IMG/VR virus record: IMGVR_UViG_3300045988_101578 | Location: 1-64,000 of that record | Reading direction: 5' to 3' (one strand) | DNA from: a virus | Length of the DNA: 64,000 nucleotides | Part shown: in pieces, positions 39,090-46,440 of the stretch | Layout: the number at the start of each line of letters is the position of its first letter | Numbering within the stretch: position 1 is the first letter of the stretch | The notes under the pieces: model-generated | The model's input: the letters and a program-made list of their open reading frames with translations, nothing else | Told to the model about the DNA's origin: nothing | The model's database searches: none | Program-made: the position numbers and the translations under genes

Positions 39090-39263
39090 GTTTGATACCT
39101 AATTAATTTTACATAGGTACAAAACTGTGCAAGCCTCTTTCTTCTGCTAATGCTTTGTTTGATACCTAATTAATTTTACATAGGTACAAAACGGCAGAAG
39201 CAATTAAAGAAAAAATGCAAAAATGTAGTTTGATGCCTAATTAATTTTACATCATAAACTTAA
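39090..39263 (+). CRISPR. mini CRISPR array 2: two exact 36-nt repeats gtttgatacctaattaattttacataggtacaaaac, spacers of 31 and 35 nt, and a degenerate terminal repeat gtttgatgcctaattaattttacatcataaacttaa
   Basis: R-S-R-S-degenerate R architecture. Confidence 0.8.
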
Positions 39264-39273
39264 TAAAATTTTA

Positions 39274-39400
39274 AAATATTTGGTGTGTTTTGGGAGTATA
39301 TAAAATATTCTGCTCAAATAATATTGAGTACGCCAAAAGTGAGGCTTACTATAGCACTCACTAAAATCTATGTTATATTGTCGGATTTATGTTATTTGAT
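39274..39400 (+). ncRNA. tracrRNA-like scaffold 3 (aaatatttggtgtgttttgggag ... tacgccaaaagtgag ... actcactaaaat then anti-repeat ctatgttat ... ttgtc)
   Basis: first 20 nt identical to the scaffold-1 start; anti-repeat complementary to repeat family 3. Confidence 0.6.
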
Positions 39401-39497
39401 GTTTGACAACTATAAAAAATAACATAGGTACAAAACCAACACATTTGCCCTTGATTTATCGAATGTGTTTGGCAATTATAAAAAAAATAACAAAAAC
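39401..39497 (+). CRISPR. mini CRISPR array 3: 36-nt repeat gtttgacaactataaaaaataacataggtacaaaac, 30-nt spacer caacacatttgcccttgatttatcgaatgt, degenerate 31-nt terminal repeat
   Basis: read directly. Confidence 0.65.
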
Positions 39498-39517
39498 CTA
39501 AAGGAATTTAAACAAAA

Positions 39518-39685
39518 ATGAAAACAAGACGGCAACGTAAACAGGAAATAAAACGATTCTTTGATCGGCTGAGTCCCAGTGAATTGGACAGGCTGTTAGA
39601 AAGAAATGGAATTAATGATAGAGAGTCCAATGAAGCTTCTGTATATAGAATCATTAAAGAAGAAATTGAGAAAGGAGAGATATAA
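39518..39685 (+). CDS. small basic protein (55 aa, MKTRRQRKQEIKRFFDRLSPSELDRLLERNG...) immediately after the arrays; below the ORF-track cutoff
   Basis: ATG 39518 with RBS aaggaa 12 nt upstream; stop 39683-39685. Confidence 0.35.
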   Translation: MKTRRQRKQEIKRFFDRLSPSELDRLLERNGINDRESNEASVYRIIKEEIEKGEI

Positions 39686-39686
39686 T

Positions 39687-39989
39687 ATGGCACATAACTT
39701 GTATATTGAAACACAATCAGAATATACAGGATGTAGTCCACAGCTGGAGGTATTAAATGTAAGAGATTGCAAACATATCATTGCATCATTAGATCATTAC
39801 CCACCTACAGCCGAGGAGGTTAAGAAAGCAGCTTGTATATTAATCGGACGATGTATTTACAAACGTATTTGGAACATGGAAATCGACATTGATAATTTGG
39901 ATATGCATTGTTCTCCGCCAAAAGAAATGACGATTGAAGAAATTGAAAAGGAACTTGGTTATAAAGTTAAAATTGTAAAGGAGAAATAA
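39687..39989 (+). CDS. hypothetical protein (start at ATG 39687 after RBS aaaggagaga)
   Basis: track ORF 39606..39989 extends 5-prime over the small ORF. Confidence 0.45.
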   Translation: MAHNLYIETQSEYTGCSPQLEVLNVRDCKHIIASLDHYPPTAEEVKKAACILIGRCIYKRIWNMEIDIDNLDMHCSPPKEMTIEEIEKELGYKVKIVKEK

Positions 39990-40300
39990 TGCCAATGGCA
40001 AAAAAGAAACAAGGAATGTCGTTTGAAATGATGATGCAAAATATGGAAATTAATCCAAGGCAATTGTATCGTCGTAGTTCGTGGAAGAAGACACGAACAA
40101 CTTATGATTATGTGTTTATGATGTGCGAAGAAGAATTAAATGAGATTATTCCATTTGATAAAAAATATAAAATGAAACCACTCTTATGTAGAGACCAAAA
40201 TGGAGTTATAACATTGGGATGGTTGCCTACACAAGAGGATATTTTCGCAAATGATTGGGTTGAGCAAGGATGGGATTTTAACAGTAAAAGGAAGAGGTGA
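39989..40300 (+). CDS. hypothetical protein
   Basis: ORF. Confidence 0.45.
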   Translation: MPMAKKKQGMSFEMMMQNMEINPRQLYRRSSWKKTRTTYDYVFMMCEEELNEIIPFDKKYKMKPLLCRDQNGVITLGWLPTQEDIFANDWVEQGWDFNSKRKR

Positions 40301-40308
40301 ATAATTAA

Positions 40309-40593
40309 TTGAATTTTATAAAAGCAATGATTGCAATAAAAAAAGACAAAACTACTATAAGAAGAGGCATTTGGGGAAAGGAAAAGTATTTGAAAATTTA
40401 TTCGTCAGAATTAACTAATGTTTATTTTGAGTGTAATGATATGGGTGAATATAAGCCAGATTCAATTATTTTTTTATTTGATAAAGAAAACGCAGAAGTT
40501 TGGATACCTCTTGCGGAAGATGTATATGCAGATGACTGGGAAATATATGTTGAGTCACTTAATAAAGGTGAGCAGATAAAGGAGGAAAAATAA
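40309..40593 (+). CDS. hypothetical protein (TTG start)
   Basis: ORF. Confidence 0.4.
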   Translation: MNFIKAMIAIKKDKTTIRRGIWGKEKYLKIYSSELTNVYFECNDMGEYKPDSIIFLFDKENAEVWIPLAEDVYADDWEIYVESLNKGEQIKEEK

Positions 40594-41546
40594 TGAAGTG
40601 TTTTTATCATGTTGATCAAGACGGCATCGTATCTGGTTTCTATGTCAGAAAAGCTTGCGAACAGCGAGGTTTAGCATTTGAACCAGAAGACTTCCGAAAA
40701 ATTAATTACGACATGAAATTCCCGTTTCATGACATTGAGCAGGATGAATTTGTGTTTATTGTAGACTACAGTATTGAGCCAGAAGAGATGTGGCAGTTGC
40801 TCAGTATTACAAAGAATGTATTTTGGATCGACCATCATCAGTCTACGATTGAAGCGTATAAAGATTTCAAGTGTGATGTAAAAGGAATCAGAATTACTGG
40901 AGCGGGTATTTCAGGAGCGAATTTGACATGGTTATATTTTAAATATATGTGTGATGAAAATTGGGAGCAAATTGAGAGGACGGATGAGAAAAATGTAAAA
41001 AGATTACTCAATATATATAAATATAAAGCAGATTATCCAAAACTGGCAGAATATACAGCCATGTGGGATACATTTTATTTTGGTGAAACGTCAAAACAAT
41101 TCGTAAAAGCATTTCACTATGCATTTGAATCGTATGATTTTGATGCGTTAAGTCCATTGCTAAACACGTTAAATAAAGATCAAGGAATTTATGAAGCAGC
41201 AAAAATTATTGGTGATATGATAGCAGATGGCTTATCAATTATTGAGTATTTAGCAGCAAATGCAGAACAATATCTTAGAGCATATGGTTTTGAAACCATA
41301 TTTGAGGGACATAAAGTCTATGCAATCAACCGAGCATTAATCAATTCTGATTTCTTTGAATCTATTGATGCTTCTAAATATGATATGTTCATTGGTTTTT
41401 CGTTCAATGGAAGTATGTGGGAATATCAGTTGCGATCCGCAGAACAGGATAAAGTAAATGTGTATGAGCTTGCTGTGAAATATGGTGGCGGTGGTCATCC
41501 AAATGCAGCTGGGTTCAGAAGTGATAAGTATGTGTTAGGAGTGTGA
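40593..41546 (+). CDS. DHH/DHHA1 phosphoesterase, NrnA-like (nanoRNase / pAp phosphatase family)
   Basis: YHVDQDGIVSG (DxD motif), FWIDHHQ (DHH), GGGGHPNAAGF (DHHA1 GGGH); 317 aa like NrnA. Confidence 0.7.
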   Translation: MKCFYHVDQDGIVSGFYVRKACEQRGLAFEPEDFRKINYDMKFPFHDIEQDEFVFIVDYSIEPEEMWQLLSITKNVFWIDHHQSTIEAYKDFKCDVKGIRITGAGISGANLTWLYFKYMCDENWEQIERTDEKNVKRLLNIYKYKADYPKLAEYTAMWDTFYFGETSKQFVKAFHYAFESYDFDALSPLLNTLNKDQGIYEAAKIIGDMIADGLSIIEYLAANAEQYLRAYGFETIFEGHKVYAINRALINSDFFESIDASKYDMFIGFSFNGSMWEYQLRSAEQDKVNVYELAVKYGGGGHPNAAGFRSDKYVLGV

Positions 41547-41549
41547 TGT

Positions 41550-42311
41550 ATGGATAAAGGTATAACTATAGAATTTTATAGGAATTATGAATTTGATATT
41601 GTACGAGGTATTTGTCTTGGAGATGAATCAACAAAAATTGACTTCCCTATAAATGATGAAACTTTAAACATAATGGCTTCAGATTTTCAATATAATGAAC
41701 AAACTATACAGTTAGATTATGGTTATAAATATAGAAGAAAAAATTATGTAAAAATCGACGAAATGCAAGCTACATCAACAAATATATTGTCATGTAACGG
41801 AATTATATTAAAAGATGGCATTAAGTTTTTTATTGGTGAAGCAGTAATGGATGTTTCTAGTGGAAAAGAAATATATAAATTATATGACAAAGATGTATAT
41901 AAAGATAAAACTTATTATAATCAAACGAAAGAAATGGTATTTGAATGGGCAAAGAAAGATATATATAAAGTTGTAATGATGATGGACAGGATTGCAGGAG
42001 AGGCAATTAATCGAGCGATGACCGAATATGCTAATCACGGATCTTTGTATCGTATGTTCTTTCCACCTAATATTCCTGAGCCACAATATAGTTATTCTAT
42101 GCATGATTTATACTTGATGACTGATCCTAATATAATGAAGGGTGACATTCGTAGGCGTATATGCTGCAAGGTACCTAATTTTGATAGGAGGGTGAGGAAA
42201 TGGGATTATAGTGCAGATCGTTATGAACATTACTTAGTGTTGGATTACAGTAAGGAAGTACAAAAATTCATTAAAGAACAGGAGGCAAAGAGATGTGAAG
42301 AAGCTAAATGA
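41550..42311 (+). CDS. hypothetical protein
   Basis: ORF. Confidence 0.5.
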   Translation: MDKGITIEFYRNYEFDIVRGICLGDESTKIDFPINDETLNIMASDFQYNEQTIQLDYGYKYRRKNYVKIDEMQATSTNILSCNGIILKDGIKFFIGEAVMDVSSGKEIYKLYDKDVYKDKTYYNQTKEMVFEWAKKDIYKVVMMMDRIAGEAINRAMTEYANHGSLYRMFFPPNIPEPQYSYSMHDLYLMTDPNIMKGDIRRRICCKVPNFDRRVRKWDYSADRYEHYLVLDYSKEVQKFIKEQEAKRCEEAK

Positions 42312-42828
42312 TGAACAGCGAAGGCTGATTGAAGATAATTACTCTTTGATTTGGCATTTACATGAAAAATATTTTACAAAGTTTACAGATTTTGATACAT
42401 ATATGGATCTTGGTCGTATGGCAATTTGTAAAGCAGCATTAAAATGGGACGAGTCTAAAGGAACTTTTGGTACATATCTCTTCTGGGTATTACGTTCAGA
42501 AGTGAATCAATATTATACAAAATGGCACAGACTAACAGAAAAAATGAATAGGAATGCTGAATCGTTAGATACGCCATTGGCAGGATATGAGCTAGAAGAT
42601 GATATTACAATCGGAACAACACTGATGAGTAAAGATAATGTGGAGGATGAGGTGCTTACAAAGGTACATTTTCAAAATGAGTTTGATAAATTGGCACCGA
42701 GAAATAAAAAGATTATCACGTTAAAGCAGAAAGGTTTAACACAAAGACAAATTGCAAGTCAGCTTGGAATCACTCATCAGTGGGTTAGTCAAAATATTGT
42801 ACAGTTTAAGAAAGCATTATGTGGATAA
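42295..42828 (+). CDS. sigma-70 family RNA polymerase sigma factor (phage-encoded), paralogue 1
   Basis: region 2 DLGRMAICKAALKWDESKGTFGTYLFWVLRSEV; region 4 HTH LTQRQIASQLGITHQWVSQNIVQFKKAL. Confidence 0.75.
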   Translation: MKKLNDEQRRLIEDNYSLIWHLHEKYFTKFTDFDTYMDLGRMAICKAALKWDESKGTFGTYLFWVLRSEVNQYYTKWHRLTEKMNRNAESLDTPLAGYELEDDITIGTTLMSKDNVEDEVLTKVHFQNEFDKLAPRNKKIITLKQKGLTQRQIASQLGITHQWVSQNIVQFKKALCG

Positions 42829-42841
42829 AAGAGGTGAGACC

Positions 42842-43675
42842 ATGACAATTGAAGAAGTAAAGGATTACATAAACTCGTCTACAGAGTATGACTTTTTGCG
42901 AGATTATCCGCACAAAATCGCTTTTCTCACGTTAGGTGGAAGTTATGCCTACGGAACAAACACAGAGGATTCTGACATTGATTTACGTGGTGTTTTTCTT
43001 AGTGATAAAAGAGAGATTTTGTTGAATAATAATCCAAATAATCTTGAAAAGACAGACGATCATAAAGATGTTGATACTGTGTTACATTCGCATATTAAGA
43101 TGATTAACATGCTTGCAAAAGGTAACCCTACATATTTAGAACTGTTGTATTTTGCGCCAGACCGTTATTTGTGTGTATCCGATATTGGTATGGAGTTGAT
43201 CAAAAATAGAGATATGTTCTTATCTAAGAGAGTTTATCATGCATATCAAGGATATATATGTGATTGCCTGACTCGAACGAGTTTTAAGTATTATAAAAAT
43301 AAAGATTCAGAGAAAGAAAAGCAAAAGGCGGAACGATACGCTAATAAATCAATGATGCACGCAGTTCGATTATTGTTACAGGGCATTGAATTATTGCATA
43401 ACGGAACAATGTTAGGATCTATGGATGACATAGGAAAAGATCTTGTAAAGATCAAAGAAGGATATAATAGTACGCATAAAACATATAGATTTGGCAAACA
43501 CAATGAGCATACAGAATATTTCCCAAATCAGTCATACGATGTTTTTATTGAAGGATTACTTTATCAATTTGATTATGATTATATGAATACTGATTTGCCA
43601 GACGAACCAGACTGGGATCGTATCAATAACTTCTTGATGACAACAAATGAACGAATTGTGAGAGGAATGGTGTAA
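42842..43675 (+). CDS. nucleotidyltransferase (Pol-beta superfamily, PF10127-like)
   Basis: GGSYAYGTNTEDSDIDLRGVF = GS...D.D NTase motif; ATG 42842 after RBS aagaggtgag. Confidence 0.55.
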   Translation: MTIEEVKDYINSSTEYDFLRDYPHKIAFLTLGGSYAYGTNTEDSDIDLRGVFLSDKREILLNNNPNNLEKTDDHKDVDTVLHSHIKMINMLAKGNPTYLELLYFAPDRYLCVSDIGMELIKNRDMFLSKRVYHAYQGYICDCLTRTSFKYYKNKDSEKEKQKAERYANKSMMHAVRLLLQGIELLHNGTMLGSMDDIGKDLVKIKEGYNSTHKTYRFGKHNEHTEYFPNQSYDVFIEGLLYQFDYDYMNTDLPDEPDWDRINNFLMTTNERIVRGMV

Positions 43676-43677
43676 AA

Positions 43678-43947
43678 ATGTATGTAAAGATTGGAGACGA
43701 AATTGCTTTTCATCCTGGCGAATGCTTAGAAGAATTTGTTGAATCTTGCAGGATGACTCCTTATCAGCTTGCGAGTAAAATTGGCATGGATGTTGATTAT
43801 GTTCAAGGGTTGATTGACGGATCACAAAGTGTTACAAAAGAATTTGCGAAAACAATGGCAGACCATTATGGGTTTGCTGATGATGGTCAGTTCTGGTTAA
43901 ATTTGCAAGAAACATTTGATAAGAAAGTAGGTGGCAGAAATGTTTAA
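43678..43947 (+). CDS. HigA-family HTH antitoxin-like protein
   Basis: FHPGECLEEF ... QLASKIGMDVDYVQGLIDGSQSVTKEFAKTMADHYGF ... FWLNLQETFD matches the HigA consensus (hPGE.L.Eef...FWlnLQ..yD). Confidence 0.7.
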   Translation: MYVKIGDEIAFHPGECLEEFVESCRMTPYQLASKIGMDVDYVQGLIDGSQSVTKEFAKTMADHYGFADDGQFWLNLQETFDKKVGGRNV

Positions 43948-44443
43948 TTTGTTGAAAAGTGATGTAAAATTTGACAAGGAATATACCGTTAAAAAATTTA
44001 TTGAAGAAATGATGCAAACAAGAGTTGGGGATTGGGGATATATCAATATTTATGATAATGCGAAGCGTATTGAACAATTAGAATATGATACGGCAGGATA
44101 TTATGTTGCATCAGACAATGAAGATTATAAGATTAAAAAGGCATATGCAGTCCGTAGAGGCTCAAGAACGGATTATAATATCTGTATTGAATATCAAAAA
44201 CAGAAGCCGAATAAAGCAGCAAAAGGTTCACTTCGATTCATTGTCAAAAAACCAAATGGAGAAGAATCAGTAGTTGTTATTTTTAAGAACAAATCCGATG
44301 GCACATATTCATTTGTTAATTTGACAAAAGAGCATATTTGTTCATGTAAATTTAAAACAATTGAGGAAGCCATTCAGGACATGAATGATCGCTTAAGAAA
44401 AGGATTGATTGAGTCCTATATTGTGAAAGGAGAAAGAAAATAA
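43931..44443 (+). CDS. hypothetical protein
   Basis: ORF. Confidence 0.45.
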   Translation: MAEMFNLLKSDVKFDKEYTVKKFIEEMMQTRVGDWGYINIYDNAKRIEQLEYDTAGYYVASDNEDYKIKKAYAVRRGSRTDYNICIEYQKQKPNKAAKGSLRFIVKKPNGEESVVVIFKNKSDGTYSFVNLTKEHICSCKFKTIEEAIQDMNDRLRKGLIESYIVKGERK

Positions 44444-44781
44444 TGGATATACATATTGGAGATTTTTGGCAGAATAAATGTAATCCAAAAGTAATTCAGC
44501 ATGTGGTTAATTTTTCATTTAGAATGGGTGGAGTCCCAAGTAGTAAAGATATGCTACTGATCTGTGAAGAATTTCATTATACAAAGATAGGTGAGAATCC
44601 TGCCTCTGTTAAAGAAGATTCCAGATTCTTCTCACATATTACAGTGGATAATTTTAAAAAGATGAATCAATGTATTCTCAGTGCTGAGAGGATTATGAAA
44701 GATACTCAGGCATTTAAAACAGATAAAGATATTTTGGATTATTTAACGAAGAAAGTGGAGGAGAAATTAAATGCAAAATAA
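44443..44781 (+). CDS. hypothetical protein
   Basis: ORF. Confidence 0.45.
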   Translation: MDIHIGDFWQNKCNPKVIQHVVNFSFRMGGVPSSKDMLLICEEFHYTKIGENPASVKEDSRFFSHITVDNFKKMNQCILSAERIMKDTQAFKTDKDILDYLTKKVEEKLNAK

Positions 44782-45244
44782 TATATTTCAGATTTATTTG
44801 GCTGGCGGTATGCAGGATTTATCGTTTGAAGAGCAGAATGTTTGGAGAGAAAGAATTTGCAATCAAATTATTACTATGCGTAGGATTCTTAATGTTAATA
44901 TGAAAGAAGTTAATATTATTAACCCTGTTGATTATTACAATTTTCAAACAGAGTTGCATGATACAGAAAAAGAAGTAATGAGATTTGATACAAATTTTGT
45001 TAGAAATAGTGATCTTGTTGTAGTAAATGCGAATGATCCGAAAAGCATTGGTACATCTATGGAGATTGCAATTGCATATGAACGTCATATTCCTGTACTG
45101 GTTTTGAATACAGAAAAGAAAAGATTACATGCTTGGTGGGTGCAAATGTCTGACAAGATATTTGACGATGAGAAAAAATTATGTACATATATATATGATT
45201 TTTATCTTAAGATGGGTCATTGTAGTATTCGAGCATGGGTGTAA
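44771..45244 (+). CDS. nucleoside 2-deoxyribosyltransferase-like protein
   Basis: IYLAGGM ... DLVVVNANDPKSIGTSMEIAIAYERHIPVLVL matches PF05014-type motifs. Confidence 0.45.
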   Translation: MQNNIFQIYLAGGMQDLSFEEQNVWRERICNQIITMRRILNVNMKEVNIINPVDYYNFQTELHDTEKEVMRFDTNFVRNSDLVVVNANDPKSIGTSMEIAIAYERHIPVLVLNTEKKRLHAWWVQMSDKIFDDEKKLCTYIYDFYLKMGHCSIRAWV

Positions 45245-45405
45245 ATGCAATGATATAAAATAGGAATTTGAGGCGAAATGAAAGGAGTTGAAACATTATC
45301 ACGGCAGAAAAACAAGGCAAGTGTATTATTTTCCATCTGGATGATGGTAAAACTTGCAAATATGATTTATCAAATGGTGATTGCTATGGCAAAAGTGGTA
45401 AGAAA

Positions 45406-46440
45406 GTGAAAGCTTTAAATAATATTCTGTCTGGGCATTCGGCTGATGAATTGGATAAATTATTTGTGTCCGATCCACATTATGCAGAGTTTTTAAAATA
45501 TGTAAACTGGCGAAAAAATTGTGAAATGGGAAGAACTACATGGGGCTTCATTGATTATAATTTAGGAACATTGTTTAAATATGCAAGTAAATATTCGGTA
45601 TGTGAGCAGTTCTTTGCTATAGGATTTACACATAAACAAGTCACAGAAGATTTTAAATATTCAATCAATGAAGTACCAAAATGGTTAAGGAATTATTGTC
45701 TTGGTGTGAAGAATAGACGATTGTTAAGTAATGATTTTGTTGATTTTTATAAGATGTATCCAGATTATGTACAAACGATTTTGCAGACAGAGTATATGAC
45801 ATTAACTAAAGAATATTTAATAAATTTCTTCGAGGATAATCATAGATATCGTTTCACAAAAATTTTGGAGGCTTTAAATCAGGATTATGGCTATAATCTT
45901 GCAGATGTGTTTGTTTATATAGATAGAATAATTACATTTGAAGCTGCTACCAATAGTATAAATTGGTTACTCGGAGAATTGCGTGATTATGCCCGTATGA
46001 TGGACGCAATCAGTCATAAATTTGATAGATATCCAAGACATTTCAAAACAACAATGGATATTGTCACAAGAAATTACAAAAGATTGCAAAAAGAATTTTC
46101 GGAAGAAGTCTTTAAGAACCGTATTAACAAAGAATACGAATTTACATATAAAGGACTGAGATTCTTTTATCCAGATTCTACTCAAGACATTAAAGACGAA
46201 GCGGTGCAGCAAAATAATTGTGTGGCAAGTTACATAGATCGAGTCATTGATGGCGAATGCCATATTATGTTCTTGAGAAGAGTAAAAGAACCAAACAAAT
46301 CGTTAGTGACGATTGAAATACAAAATGGACGAATCGTACAAGCACTGCAAAGATTCAATGATCCTCTAACTGCCGATCAACAAGAAGCGGTTGATGCATG
46401 GAATAAACATTTTAGTAAGAAAGGTAAGGTGGCAGCATGA
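45406..46440 (+). CDS. hypothetical protein, possibly PcfJ-like (GTG start; the in-frame coding-like sequence extends upstream to 45289 without an ATG)
   Basis: NNCVASYIDRVIDGECHIMFLRR segment; tentative. Confidence 0.3.
   Translation: MKALNNILSGHSADELDKLFVSDPHYAEFLKYVNWRKNCEMGRTTWGFIDYNLGTLFKYASKYSVCEQFFAIGFTHKQVTEDFKYSINEVPKWLRNYCLGVKNRRLLSNDFVDFYKMYPDYVQTILQTEYMTLTKEYLINFFEDNHRYRFTKILEALNQDYGYNLADVFVYIDRIITFEAATNSINWLLGELRDYARMMDAISHKFDRYPRHFKTTMDIVTRNYKRLQKEFSEEVFKNRINKEYEFTYKGLRFFYPDSTQDIKDEAVQQNNCVASYIDRVIDGECHIMFLRRVKEPNKSLVTIEIQNGRIVQALQRFNDPLTADQQEAVDAWNKHFSKKGKVAA

Noticed and set aside
38853-39497. Repeats being chance low-complexity AT-rich duplications
   Set aside because: Repeats are exact over 36 nt within each module. 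Spacers are unique and compositionally different (up to 57% GC). Terminal repeats are degenerate in the expected downstream position.
37074-39500. Interpreting the nuclease as an IS200/IS605 TnpB with an omega-RNA rather than a CRISPR effector
   Set aside because: No Y1 TnpA and no IS-end subterminal hairpins are present. The downstream DNA instead shows exact 36-nt repeats separated by unique 30-35 nt spacers, with degenerate terminal repeats and three scaffolds carrying matched anti-repeats. That is array plus tracr organisation, not an IS right end.
39606-39686. 5-prime extension of ORF 39606..39989
   Set aside because: It overlaps the separately supported small ORF (39518-39685) in another frame. 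The ATG at 39687 has a strong RBS (aaaggagaga).
36275-40300. Search for cas1/cas2/cas4 or other accessory cas genes around the nuclease
   Set aside because: None of the flanking small proteins shows Cas1 (long, with conserved E/H/E), Cas2 (about 90-aa ferredoxin fold, N-terminal D) or Cas4 (Cys cluster plus RecB motifs) signatures. The module appears to lack adaptation genes.
44085-44273. Nested + ORFs 44085..44273, 46609..46851, 49813..50025, 52926..53108, 59238..59441
   Set aside because: They are embedded out-of-frame within longer annotated genes.
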